DNA of 64,000 bases. It comes from Haloquadratum walsbyi J07HQW2 (GTDB taxonomy: Archaea > Halobacteriota > Halobacteria > Halobacteriales > Haloferacaceae). The stretch's first letter is position 1; the number at the start of each line of letters is the position of its first letter. This document shows, piece by piece, positions 8,051 through 18,256 of this stretch. Location: positions 3,105,862 to 3,169,861 of the forward strand of contig NZ_KE356561.1 in the NCBI RefSeq assembly GCF_000415985.1. The letters are read 5' to 3'. A program made the translations under genes and the position numbers. Under the pieces are notes generated by a model. It did no database searches, had not been told where the DNA came from, and was given only the letters and a program-made list of their open reading frames with translations.

Positions 8051-9454
8051 CTATGTATCATTTGTTGGTGACCATGTCCCATTGAATTCGGTATGATCGA
8101 ACGACTTCGCGTCCGAACCGGTGTATGCTGCGACTTGTTGACCGTCCCCTTCGAGATGGTATTTATATGTGGTCAATCCGTCGAGTCCAACTGGTCCGCG
8201 GGCATGAATCTTCCCGGTACTGATTCCAACCTCTGCACCAAGCCCGAATCGGAATCCATCAGCAAAACGCGTCGAGGCATTGTGAAACACACTTGCAGCA
8301 TCAACCGCACGCATGAACTGCCCAGCCCGGCTATCATCCTTCGTGATGATTGATTCGGTGTGCTTTGATCCATACATATTGACATGATCAATCGCGTCAG
8401 TGAGTGAGTCGACAACTGCGATTGAGAGAATGAGATCACCATACTCTGTTGTCCAATCATCTTCTGTCGCAGCAATAATCTCTGTATCGGTATCTAATTC
8501 AGTGGCGACAATTGATTGAGTGCGCTCATCACCACGGAGTTCAACTCCAGCGTCTTGATATTGTTCAATCATTTGAGACAGGAACGATGTCGCAACCGAT
8601 TCATGAATAACAAGCGTCTCGACGGCGTTACATACGGCAGGATACTGGACTTTCGCATCATATGCAACTGCCGTTGCCATCTCAAGATCAGCCTTAGAGT
8701 CAACATATACATGACATACCCCCTCAGTATGACCTAGCACCGGAATACTCGTGTTATCTTGAACGTATTGAACGAACGAGGAACTTCCACGGGGCATAAT
8801 TAAATCAACGGCATCGTCCATTTCAAGAAGTGTTTGGACATCCTCACGCGCCTCAATCAGTTGTGCCCATCCTGACGGCACTGCCGGCGTTGCTTCGAGA
8901 ATACACTCATATAATACTTGATTCGACCGTGCGGCTTCGCTTCCACCCTTCAGTATCACGGCATTCCCAGATTTTATACTGAGTGCTGAAATTTGAACCA
9001 ACGCGTCAGGACGAGATTCAAACACGGTCCCGATGACACCAATAGGGACGGTCACTTTATATAGATCTAAATCGGCATCAAGCTTCCTTGCTGTAAGTGT
9101 CTCACCAAGTGGGTCATCTTGCTCGGCAACACTGCGAACCATTTCAGCAATACTTTCAATTTTTGATTCCGACAGCATTAATCGATCAACAAACGCCTGT
9201 GTGTACTCTCCGGCTTCAACTTGCTTTTCAGCATCAGCAACATCAGCCGCGTTAGCTTCAAGAATCCGATCTGTATTTGCTTCAATTGTATCTGCGATTG
9301 CTGTGAGTGCTTCATTACGACGCGCTGTTGAGAGATTTGAGAGCGCAAGAGCTGCTGCCTGCGCATCGGCTACCTTTTCCTCTGCAGTTTTATCATTATA
9401 CCGCTGATTGCGTTTCTGTGCTGCCTGAGAGTCTGTCTTACTGGAGTTAGTCAT
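8051..9454 (-). CDS. proA: Gamma-glutamyl phosphate reductase
   Basis: PIGVIGTVFESRP, GNAVILKGGSEA, CNAVET, NASTRFADG..FGLGAEVGIST. Confidence 0.97.
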   Translation of the reverse strand: MTNSSKTDSQAAQKRNQRYNDKTAEEKVADAQAAALALSNLSTARRNEALTAIADTIEANTDRILEANAADVADAEKQVEAGEYTQAFVDRLMLSESKIESIAEMVRSVAEQDDPLGETLTARKLDADLDLYKVTVPIGVIGTVFESRPDALVQISALSIKSGNAVILKGGSEAARSNQVLYECILEATPAVPSGWAQLIEAREDVQTLLEMDDAVDLIMPRGSSSFVQYVQDNTSIPVLGHTEGVCHVYVDSKADLEMATAVAYDAKVQYPAVCNAVETLVIHESVATSFLSQMIEQYQDAGVELRGDERTQSIVATELDTDTEIIAATEDDWTTEYGDLILSIAVVDSLTDAIDHVNMYGSKHTESIITKDDSRAGQFMRAVDAASVFHNASTRFADGFRFGLGAEVGISTGKIHARGPVGLDGLTTYKYHLEGDGQQVAAYTGSDAKSFDHTEFNGTWSPTNDT

Positions 9455-9552
9455 GTATTTGATCGTCTCTGTTAGTATGTTTGATTCTGCGTTGGTTTAT
9501 GTTATGTATCTATTATTTGTAATATCTATTCAGTTATACTAGATATCGCGTA

Positions 9553-10485
9553 TTAATCTATCTCAGTATTGTTTTGATCATCGACTGGAATGAAAATAGT
9601 TCCAACTGAGGTCTCTGTTACAATTTGTTGAAGTACATCAGACTCTGTTGAACGAGCAATGATTGCTGGAATACCATGTTCGCTCACTGCACGAGCACCT
9701 CGTACTTTGGTTTGAATACCACCGAATTTACTCTCAGAGCTGGTCTCAATAATTGATTCGACCTCATCGTAATTGGTACCAACAGCATTGATTCGTGTCA
9801 CATTATCATTCTGTTTTGGATTTCCAGTGTAGACACCGCCAACATCAGTCAGTGTCACAAGAAGATCACTCTCGGTCCCAATTGCAAGCGAGGATGAAAG
9901 CATATCATTATCCCCAATGCGAATCTCCTCTGTGGCGACTGCATCATTCTCATTGATGATTGGGATAACATTCCATGAGAGAAGTGTCTCAATCGTATTT
10001 TTGAAATTCGTGAATCGTTCCATGTCTTCTAGATCATGATCGGTGATGAGGATTTGTGCGACCGTCAACCCATATCGCTCAAAACTCTCAGTGTATCGCC
10101 GCATGAGGTGGCTCTGTCCAATCGTTGACAGTGCCTGTGATTCTTCGACTGTATCATCTGCGGCGTACCCCACTCGTCCTTTCCCGGCACCAATTGCTCC
10201 TGAGGAAACAAGGATAACCTCTTTATTACGTTCGACGAGGTCAGCGATATCATCAACGAGTTTGTCTAGCTTTTCGTCGTCAAGATTAGAGGTTGCATCT
10301 GTCAGGGAATTTGTCCCGGCTTTGATAATAACACGATCCGCTGTCGCAGCGGCATGACGTGCGTCATCAACTATTGTTTGTGGAACAGACATTTGCGTGG
10401 ATTTGGAAGTCTGCGATGCAGTCTGCTCCGCTGTCTCAGTGATAGGATGGTCTGATTCCTCGCCAGTGCCTTCTCGCTCACTCAT
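9553..10485 (-). CDS. proB: Glutamate 5-kinase
   Basis: [37 protein letters not shown]; the start at 10485 overlaps the proC stop. Confidence 0.95.
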   Translation of the reverse strand: MSEREGTGEESDHPITETAEQTASQTSKSTQMSVPQTIVDDARHAAATADRVIIKAGTNSLTDATSNLDDEKLDKLVDDIADLVERNKEVILVSSGAIGAGKGRVGYAADDTVEESQALSTIGQSHLMRRYTESFERYGLTVAQILITDHDLEDMERFTNFKNTIETLLSWNVIPIINENDAVATEEIRIGDNDMLSSSLAIGTESDLLVTLTDVGGVYTGNPKQNDNVTRINAVGTNYDEVESIIETSSESKFGGIQTKVRGARAVSEHGIPAIIARSTESDVLQQIVTETSVGTIFIPVDDQNNTEID

Positions 10486-11254
10486 GATCAACCTCAGCTG
10501 CAAGTTCAGCCGATCGGTCGGTTGCCGCGGTCAGTGCATCACCGATTTCAGTGTCGACATCGCTGTCAAATAATACATTCATTCCTTCAATTGTTGTGCC
10601 ATTCGGTGAACAGACAGCATCAATGAGAGATTCAATTGACTCATCAGCAGCTCGGACCATCTTAGCCGCTCCAATAAATGTCTGAATTGCGAGTGTCTGT
10701 GCGTCTGATCTATCTAACCCTTCGTTGACCGCTCGCGTCTGCATCGCTTGGATGAGATAATACACGAACGCTGGTCCACTTCCATTGAGCGCTGTTGCGA
10801 CATTCATTTGTGCTTCGTTGATCACCACATACGATCCAAGATCAGCAAGCATTGTCTCAACATTGGGGTCGGGCTCATCCCAAGCAACAGCAGCAGCCAT
10901 CTCAGAAAGACTTGCTGCAAGATTTGGCATAAGTCGAACGACCGTCGCGTCAGTTCGATTGCTGACAAATGATCGCTCAACGCCCGCGGCTGCTGTAACA
11001 AGCGTTTGCTCGGCGCGAAGGTCAATCTCAGCGAGCACTGTGGGGACAATCTCCGGCTTGACTGTTAATACGGCAATATCGGAATCCACTATTGCATCAG
11101 TGTCAGTCGTCGTTTGATTGCAATATGATTCGACACCCGCAAGTACTGTTGGATTAACATCATAGCCAATTGTTCGGTATTCTCCACCCGTGGCAAGACC
11201 CTCTAATAGTGCTTTTCCCATATGCCCACACCCAATAACGCTCACTGAAATCAT
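10478..11254 (-). CDS. proC: Pyrroline-5-carboxylate reductase
   Basis: [28 protein letters not shown]; start set at MISVSVIG (11254). Confidence 0.95.
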   Translation of the reverse strand: MISVSVIGCGHMGKALLEGLATGGEYRTIGYDVNPTVLAGVESYCNQTTTDTDAIVDSDIAVLTVKPEIVPTVLAEIDLRAEQTLVTAAAGVERSFVSNRTDATVVRLMPNLAASLSEMAAAVAWDEPDPNVETMLADLGSYVVINEAQMNVATALNGSGPAFVYYLIQAMQTRAVNEGLDRSDAQTLAIQTFIGAAKMVRAADESIESLIDAVCSPNGTTIEGMNVLFDSDVDTEIGDALTAATDRSAELAAEVDHE

Positions 11255-11460
11255 CTTTTCGTGATATGACTCAGCCGCTGATATACGAACTTCGGTTTCG
11301 ATGCTTCGAAGGATCACTTACAAACAAACTTCGGAGTGACAGCCGACGGCTATAATCCTAAATGAAGCCGATAGCCTTCGTTGTAGTGTCCATGTGATGC
11401 CATCCGATTGATCTTTTATTGCCGATAGAATCTTGTCAGTAGCTGTGCTATAAGATATCG

Positions 11461-12759
11461 ATGTCCGAGCAGATACATGATATTTTGGAAGTAGATGCAT
11501 TCACTCCTGGATTAGTTGGTCCCGACCGTGAGTGGGCTGGAACGGTTGCTGATGGTGGGACAATTAAGACACACACACCGGCAGGATGCTGGGGTCCAAT
11601 GATAACTCCATCATTCCGCGGTGGTCACGAGGTAACACGCCCGATTGGTGTTGAAAATGCTGAGCCAGGTGATGCACTTGTTGTTCATATCAATGATGTT
11701 GACGTAACAAGTGTCGCCACAAGTACCGGAAGTATGGCTGAACGTGATGATGCTTTCGGCGATGATCCATTTGTTGACCATCGTTGTCCAGAATGCGGGG
11801 CTGAGTGGCCTGAAACGACTATTGATGGGACAGGTGAGGATGCGATTCGATGTGTAGAGTGTGGCGCGAATGCATCTTCATTTGGATTTGAATATGGATA
11901 CACTGTTGCCTTTGATGATGATCATAGTGTTGGTATCACAGTAGGTGAAGAGGGTGCTCATGATCTTGCAACACGTGCTGAAGAAGCAATGGCACTCCCA
12001 GAGAACTCTCAACAGCATCCAATTCTTCTATACGAGCCTGATGAGATGCCAGGAGCACTCGGTCGATTAGCGCCATTTATTGGCAATATCGGAACAACAC
12101 CACACGTCGAACTTCCGGATTCACACAATGCTGGTGACTTTGGACAGTTCCTCATTGGTGCAGAGCACGATTGGGGCCTCGATGATGAAACAGCACTCGA
12201 AGCACGGACAGATGGTCATCTTGACTCGAATGATGTTCGACCAGGTGCAACGCTTATTTGTCCGGTTCAGGTAGAGGGTGCAGGATTGTACGTTGGCGAT
12301 TTACATGCGAACCAAGGTGACGGCGAACTTTCATTACACACAACGGATGTAAGCGGACGGACAGAACTCGAAGTTGAAGTCATCAAAGATCTTGCTCTTG
12401 ATGGACCGATTCTGTTGCCGAATGAAGCAGACCTGCCCCACATCGCGAAGCCATACACTGATGATGAGCGTGATGCGGGAGCAAATCTTGCTGAGGAATA
12501 TCACGTGGACCTCACGGATGCGGCACCAATACAGCTTATCGGGTCGGGTGCTACGATCAATGATGCAACAGAGAATGCTTTTGATCGTGCGAGTAATCTG
12601 TTTGGAATCGACGAAGGAGAGATCCGTGCTCGATGTACGTTTAGCGGTGGTGTTGAGATCGCACGCCTACCTGGTGTTGTCCAATTATCGATGCTTACAC
12701 CAATTGATCTACTTGAATCAGTTGGACTCGCTGAGACAGTCCTTGACAAATACGACTGA
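11461..12759 (+). CDS. Acetamidase/formamidase family protein with CPECG...CVECG zinc-ribbon insert
   Basis: GHEVTRPI.VE.AEPGD, GNIGTTP, DGHLD, VGDLHANQGDGE motifs. Confidence 0.88.
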   Translation: MSEQIHDILEVDAFTPGLVGPDREWAGTVADGGTIKTHTPAGCWGPMITPSFRGGHEVTRPIGVENAEPGDALVVHINDVDVTSVATSTGSMAERDDAFGDDPFVDHRCPECGAEWPETTIDGTGEDAIRCVECGANASSFGFEYGYTVAFDDDHSVGITVGEEGAHDLATRAEEAMALPENSQQHPILLYEPDEMPGALGRLAPFIGNIGTTPHVELPDSHNAGDFGQFLIGAEHDWGLDDETALEARTDGHLDSNDVRPGATLICPVQVEGAGLYVGDLHANQGDGELSLHTTDVSGRTELEVEVIKDLALDGPILLPNEADLPHIAKPYTDDERDAGANLAEEYHVDLTDAAPIQLIGSGATINDATENAFDRASNLFGIDEGEIRARCTFSGGVEIARLPGVVQLSMLTPIDLLESVGLAETVLDKYD

Positions 12760-12833
12760 AGTTTTCACCACGACCTCGACCTCGACCTCAATCAGCATCT
12801 CCTTGGCCTGTAATTGATATACTTACTGGGAAA

Positions 12834-13232
12834 TCATGAGTCGTATTTTGTGACCGTACAGCCACTTCCACCACGCATCGCCGGAAACAATTGTATGTCC
12901 GCCGATGAATCAAGCTGGGACTCAAATGATGCTTTATCACCATCAACAACGACACGGACACTTGGTCGAATCTTCTCCTCACAGTCAAGCAGATGTGATC
13001 TTGTCTGTGGATATGCATCAGCGATCATCGTAATCAACTCGCTCACTGTTTCTGGAGGATTTTTTGAGGCTGTCGACGTATCAGTGGCTCCATGATCAGA
13101 TGTTACGGATACAGTATTCGTGTTATCACACGAGATATGTTCGTCGCTATCATTCGTGCTAGATTCTGTGGGGAGTGTGAGCACTTTATTATCGGCAGCA
13201 GTCCGAAGTGGACCATACACCATTATTTTCAT
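12834..13232 (-). CDS. Ubiquitin-like (MoaD/ThiS/SAMP-family) protein with an internal S/T/D-rich insert and a 10-aa tail after GG
   Basis: VYGPLR...TVSELI...YP...RPSVRVVVDG...IQLFPAMRGG beta-grasp pattern, followed by SGCTVTKYDS-stop. Confidence 0.8.
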   Translation of the reverse strand: MKIMVYGPLRTAADNKVLTLPTESSTNDSDEHISCDNTNTVSVTSDHGATDTSTASKNPPETVSELITMIADAYPQTRSHLLDCEEKIRPSVRVVVDGDKASFESQLDSSADIQLFPAMRGGSGCTVTKYDS

Positions 13233-13342
13233 TACTCAAACTATGCGGTAACAAATGTATAACCGTGGTGTTGAATTTTGATCAGACCGCTCCATGTCTA
13301 AAAAGCGGGGCACTCTTTCTACTCCAGCATGTAGTATGAGCA

Positions 13343-13813
13343 ATGCGAACAGCATCGTCTGGTGATATTCCTCGACAGATTGAGACAACACCGCCTGTCA
13401 ACGTCGAAACATTTGCTTCACATGTGACACTAACATGGACAAGTCCTGGTCTCTCTCAGTTTGTTGATATTGCAGATCGAATTGACGCCGTACCAGTAGA
13501 TAGTACACCGATTGTCGATGCAACGAACGCTGCTGGTCGTCAACGGCTCCCGATAACAGAGATCGACACAACGACAGCAGCAACAAAATACGTGCGGTTT
13601 GAACCTGACCGTCCATGGACTCTTGCATGGGAACGCCGAACAACGCCTGTCGTGTCACTGTGTGGGTCGCCGTCGCCAACAGTCTGCCAGCAGACACACA
13701 TTGTTACCACCGTAGAAAATCTTGATACGCGTGATGGGTGGAATACGGTTGAGACCGCTGCTGGGTGGACTCGCGATACATATGAAACGCTTGTTTCAGT
13801 TCTTGGAGCGTGA
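13343..13813 (+). CDS. Hypothetical protein
   Basis: 156-aa ATG ORF whose stop overlaps the GTG start of the MATE gene (GTGA), suggesting an operon. Confidence 0.7.
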   Translation: MRTASSGDIPRQIETTPPVNVETFASHVTLTWTSPGLSQFVDIADRIDAVPVDSTPIVDATNAAGRQRLPITEIDTTTAATKYVRFEPDRPWTLAWERRTTPVVSLCGSPSPTVCQQTHIVTTVENLDTRDGWNTVETAAGWTRDTYETLVSVLGA

Positions 13814-15438
13814 CCGACGTGGATGACGACGACCGAGAACAAACTGGAGACGAACCCAGAAAGGATGACGCACGCCTAACGGACGACTCATCTGATCCTG
13901 ATGTAGTGGTCGATAATAAAGTATCAACGAACACAGACAAATCAACGACGAAATCCGGAGATACTGATGATTCATCAATCGGGTCAACAGAGAACACTTC
14001 GACCAACAGCCACTGGATTGTAAGCACACTCACCCCTATCGGTATATTCCTTGCAACACTGCTCGACCGAGCAGGTGTCATTGATCAAACCCGACTTCGA
14101 GCGACCGTTGACCTTGCATGGCCACGCATCATCACCGGATTTGCGATTATGTCAAAACGAACCGTTGATCTTGCCATTGTCGGGATTGCTGTTGGCACGG
14201 ATGCAGTCGCTGGATTAACCATTGCAAATGCATTCTGGATGGTGGCAAAATTCATATTCATTGGTCTTGCAGGCGGGACACTCTCATTAGTATCACAGAA
14301 TTATGGTGGGGACCGAACAGATCGCGCGACGACCGTCGTGTATATTAGTTTCATTCTCTCAATTGGAATCGGTATCATCGTCGTCCCAGCGTTTGTATTA
14401 GCTGCTACGGACCTCGTTGCGCTCGTCGAGGAAAATCCGGCTGTGGTTTCACTTGGAGCGGCGTATCTTGCCGTCGTTGCCCCCGGTCTCTTTTTTGAGG
14501 GCATCAATATGATCGGGTCTCGAACGTATGCTGGAGTCGGTGATACAGTAACGCCAATGTTATTTCGCGCAACCGGTGCTGTATTGAATATTATTCTGAG
14601 TATTGTGTTGGTTTTCGGGACCGGACTCGGTGTCGTTGGAGCAGCACTTGGAACAACAATTGCAACCGCCGTTGTCGCAATTGCCTTCGGATGGGGATTA
14701 ACAGGACGAAACGACAATAGTTGGACTGCATGTCCAATTTCGATTGATCACACGGCGACACTAGAGTTGGATCTCACCCGTGAGGTTATCGAAGTGTCAG
14801 CACCACTCATTGCTCGCCGAGTTGCACAGGGGATTGTCGTCTTTCCACTGCTTGCGATTGCGTCCACATTCGGTCCCGTGACAGTGGCGGCAGTCGGCGT
14901 TGCTCGCCAGATTCGAGAGCTTTTGAATAGTTTTACTTGGGGATTCTCGATAGCCTCCTCTACCCTTGTTGGGCAGGCACTTGGTGGTGGGAATGAGTCG
15001 CTTGCAACGGATTATGGTCGAGAAATTACGCTATTATCATTTATTATCTATCTCGGAGCGACGAGCATCGTCGTTGCATTCGCTCGCCCAATCGCAAGTG
15101 TGTTCGTTGGTGTAGATGCTGTTGCACTGACAGCGACATTTGTTAGTGTCGCCGCTTTGAGTGCAATCGCAACCGGCATTGACGGATCCGTAACAGGCGT
15201 TCTTCGCGGTGCCGGCGACACACGCGTTCCATTTCTAACGACGCTTACCGGACTCTATGTCGTTGCACTACCAATCGCATGGGCTGGAACTGTCACATCA
15301 TTTGGATCAACAGCACTTCTTGGCGCCCTCCTTGCTGAGAAGGTCGTCCCCATGATACTCAACGGCGCTCGATTCAACACTGGAACATGGAAACGGGTGA
15401 GTCGTTCATACCGACCTGGTCCGGACCCGAGTGATTAA
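13810..15438 (+). CDS. MATE family efflux transporter with acidic N-terminal extension
   Basis: LAWP, VGTDAVAG, SQNYG, GVGDTVTPM, GVLRGAGDTRVP and 12 TM-like segments. Confidence 0.93.
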   Translation: MTDVDDDDREQTGDEPRKDDARLTDDSSDPDVVVDNKVSTNTDKSTTKSGDTDDSSIGSTENTSTNSHWIVSTLTPIGIFLATLLDRAGVIDQTRLRATVDLAWPRIITGFAIMSKRTVDLAIVGIAVGTDAVAGLTIANAFWMVAKFIFIGLAGGTLSLVSQNYGGDRTDRATTVVYISFILSIGIGIIVVPAFVLAATDLVALVEENPAVVSLGAAYLAVVAPGLFFEGINMIGSRTYAGVGDTVTPMLFRATGAVLNIILSIVLVFGTGLGVVGAALGTTIATAVVAIAFGWGLTGRNDNSWTACPISIDHTATLELDLTREVIEVSAPLIARRVAQGIVVFPLLAIASTFGPVTVAAVGVARQIRELLNSFTWGFSIASSTLVGQALGGGNESLATDYGREITLLSFIIYLGATSIVVAFARPIASVFVGVDAVALTATFVSVAALSAIATGIDGSVTGVLRGAGDTRVPFLTTLTGLYVVALPIAWAGTVTSFGSTALLGALLAEKVVPMILNGARFNTGTWKRVSRSYRPGPDPSD

Positions 15439-15541
15439 GATAGTAATCGAGCTATCACAACATACTCGTTCAGTGTTGAGGCGATTTTGGATGTGAAACA
15501 GCGACAGGGGTTGCGTCTATATTCACAGCAGTAGCAGCGTG

Positions 15542-15572
15542 GAAGCCAACGGCTTTAGCCGTGTAGCCTGAC
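15542..15572 (+). mobile_element. Degenerate IS200/IS605-type right-end hairpin remnant
   Basis: GAAGCCAACGGC-TTTA-GCCGTGTAGCCTGAC. The stem-loop is followed by a GTAG..TGAC terminus like those at 27273 and 46399. Confidence 0.5.
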
Positions 15573-18133
15573 TAAATGGCTCCTAATACATCATTCAGAA
15601 TAATTTCGCCCGTTGCTCTATCTAATGGATCATTATTGTTCCCACAATCTTCGCTCATAATACACATTGGGCATCCCCGACGTCGGTCACATCGACACTG
15701 AGCGATGTGGTCACGCGTTCGTTCAGTGAGTGTCTCAAAATGATCATAGATAGCCCGAGTGAATCCAACCCCACCATCGATGCCATCATGAATAAACCAC
15801 ACAGGACCTGAAACCGTCTCATGCGGATGATTCAGCGTCGACAGTCCACCGATATCATTATTATCAACCAATAACTCAAGTGGTGCCAGTTGAATTAGCC
15901 CATGCTCGGCAGCGTGGATTCCCCCGCCATAGGTATACTGCGCTGCTTCATCAGGAACCCGGGTATCGCTGCTCGAACGAGCAGTTGGTGATAGTAGTGG
16001 GACATCAAGTCGCTCGATTGTCGAGGCGACATGATCAGACGGCAGTGATACCCACATCAACTCAGTGTTAAGCTCCATTGGTGGCGACTGAGTCGGAAGC
16101 GGACCGCGAACGACCTCACCGGTGCTAATCTGTCGAACGAGATATTGATCGTATGTTATTTTGACTGTTCCCTGACCAAAGTATCGGTCATATCCTCCCG
16201 CAAGCGAGTGATGTTCCTGCATGCGGAGTTCTGTGATTTGCTTCGTTGAGAGCGTCTGCGTGTATCGCCCCGTGTTTGTTTGCTTAACAAGGACTCGAGG
16301 TTGTGAGCTTTCAGCATCAACGTCAACAACCTCATACTGCTGTCCTGCATGCAAAAATAGTGCTCCCTCATGATAATCTCGATATGCGCGCTCAGCAGCA
16401 ACAGGGTCATGATCAATCTCGGCGTTATTATCGACACAGATCACAGCGAACTCACGTCCACTGGTATTATACAACGAGAGTCGCCCCTGTGGACGAGGGT
16501 CACCTGCGTATCCAACACCGGTGCCATCGAGCCGACCAGTCTGTTCAAGTACACCTGCGTCCTGCCACATCTGCACAGTCTCACGAAGCCGAGTATCTGA
16601 GCCAAGAAGACCTATATCTGCATCTGATAATGGGCGTTCGTCGGCGGCTGCGAGTAAGTGGTCTGCATACACTGGTTCATTATCAACTGAAACCACAGCA
16701 TCTTCGACGGTCTCATCGAAAAGATATGAGGGATGATCAAAGATGTATGCATCAATCGCATCATCACCGCTGACAAGCACAGAGAGAGCATCCGTTGTTC
16801 CCCGACCTGCTCGACCAATCTGTTGCCAAAAACTCTGTTTCGTGCCAGGGTATCCCGCTGTGACTGTCGCATCAACAGAGCCAATATCGATACCAAGTTC
16901 AAGCGCATTGGTGGTTGCCACTGCGTCAAGTTGACCACCTTTCAAACCGTTCTCAACCCGGCGACGAAGTCGCTTTCCGAGTCCAGCATGGTATGGTTCG
17001 ACAGTCAAATTATTATTTGAGCGCGCTGCATCGACTGTTTGCTTCGCTGCGATTTCAGTCCCTTGTCGAGCCGAGCAAAACTGCAGTGTCTGGGTATCAT
17101 GACTTGCAAGGTGTGCAGTTACTTGCGCAGCCTCAGAGCCGGTTGACTGGCGGGCACGTTCGAATTCTGCTGCAGGGTCAGAATCATCACTGCTAGGTGT
17201 TGGTGACCGAGACTGATCTGTTGTCTCTGTCTCTGTCTCCGTCTGCTCATCAACAATATCATCATCACTTACTTGATCCCAATCGATTGGTGGTTCCCAA
17301 AGAATGATATCTCGGCTTCCTCGGGGGGACCCATCTTCGTCGATAACAGTGAATGATTCACCAGTCAAGCGTTGGGCATGATCAGCTGGATTACCGATTG
17401 TTGCTGTTGTCAATACAAATTGTGGGTTAGCATCATATGTTCGGACAATCCGACGGAGTCGCCGCAGAATCCAAGCAACATGTGTTCCAGTGACACCGGC
17501 GTATTCGTGTGCTTCATCAACAACAATAAGATCAAGATTAGCGTAAAATCGACGCCATCCAGCATCACGGTTATGTCGCGGAAGATAGACATTCAATCCT
17601 GCAGGATTGGTGAGAATAACATCTGCGTTTTCTCGGATCTCTCGCTTGCGGTCTGTCGGTGTATCACCATCATACACACCAATCTTTATATCGAGTCCCC
17701 AATCATCGCGGAGTTTGTCATTGAGCTCTCTTTCTTGATCTCGTGTGAGAGCCTTCATTGGATAGAGACATAATGCGGTTGTATCAGGATTGTATAGATG
17801 CATACGAGCAATCTGAAGCGCATATACCCACGTTTTTCCGGATGATGTCGATGTTGTAACGACGACATTTTCATTATCTGCAAGCGCAGCGAGGGCTGCT
17901 GCTTGGTGTTCAAACAGATCATGTGAAATCTGTGCTGTCAGTGACTCTGGTAAAACTGCTTCTGCTGGCGTGGTTTGTGCTGGCTTCTGCATAAGCCGGT
18001 GTGTCTCAACAATCTGCCCATCATAATTTGGGAATGATTCTGCAAGTGTCTCTTCAGAGAGAACAGAAGAAGAGTGCTCCTGTGATTTGAGTGTCGTATC
18101 GTCAGATCGGTTTGATTCTGTGTTATTTGACAT
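15572..18133 (-). CDS. DEAD/DEAH-box SF2 helicase with C-terminal DUF1998 four-Cys domain (YprA/MrfA/Hrq1-like)
   Basis: TSTSSGKT, LYPMKALTRDQ, VVDEAH, TATIGNP, YHAGL, TNALELGIDIG, QQIGRAGR, and C-terminal C.C...GCPMCIMSEDCGN.N. Confidence 0.93.
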   Translation of the reverse strand: MSNNTESNRSDDTTLKSQEHSSSVLSEETLAESFPNYDGQIVETHRLMQKPAQTTPAEAVLPESLTAQISHDLFEHQAAALAALADNENVVVTTSTSSGKTWVYALQIARMHLYNPDTTALCLYPMKALTRDQERELNDKLRDDWGLDIKIGVYDGDTPTDRKREIRENADVILTNPAGLNVYLPRHNRDAGWRRFYANLDLIVVDEAHEYAGVTGTHVAWILRRLRRIVRTYDANPQFVLTTATIGNPADHAQRLTGESFTVIDEDGSPRGSRDIILWEPPIDWDQVSDDDIVDEQTETETETTDQSRSPTPSSDDSDPAAEFERARQSTGSEAAQVTAHLASHDTQTLQFCSARQGTEIAAKQTVDAARSNNNLTVEPYHAGLGKRLRRRVENGLKGGQLDAVATTNALELGIDIGSVDATVTAGYPGTKQSFWQQIGRAGRGTTDALSVLVSGDDAIDAYIFDHPSYLFDETVEDAVVSVDNEPVYADHLLAAADERPLSDADIGLLGSDTRLRETVQMWQDAGVLEQTGRLDGTGVGYAGDPRPQGRLSLYNTSGREFAVICVDNNAEIDHDPVAAERAYRDYHEGALFLHAGQQYEVVDVDAESSQPRVLVKQTNTGRYTQTLSTKQITELRMQEHHSLAGGYDRYFGQGTVKITYDQYLVRQISTGEVVRGPLPTQSPPMELNTELMWVSLPSDHVASTIERLDVPLLSPTARSSSDTRVPDEAAQYTYGGGIHAAEHGLIQLAPLELLVDNNDIGGLSTLNHPHETVSGPVWFIHDGIDGGVGFTRAIYDHFETLTERTRDHIAQCRCDRRRGCPMCIMSEDCGNNNDPLDRATGEIILNDVLGAI

Positions 18134-18256
18134 TGAATGTTGAAATATTATAATATAGCTCTGATTGGTGATCGATCAATAGACACCAGGTGTTTAGTAC
18201 AACTGACTGGTTGCGAGGCTCTCTATCATCACCGATAATACTGTTCACATCTCCTA

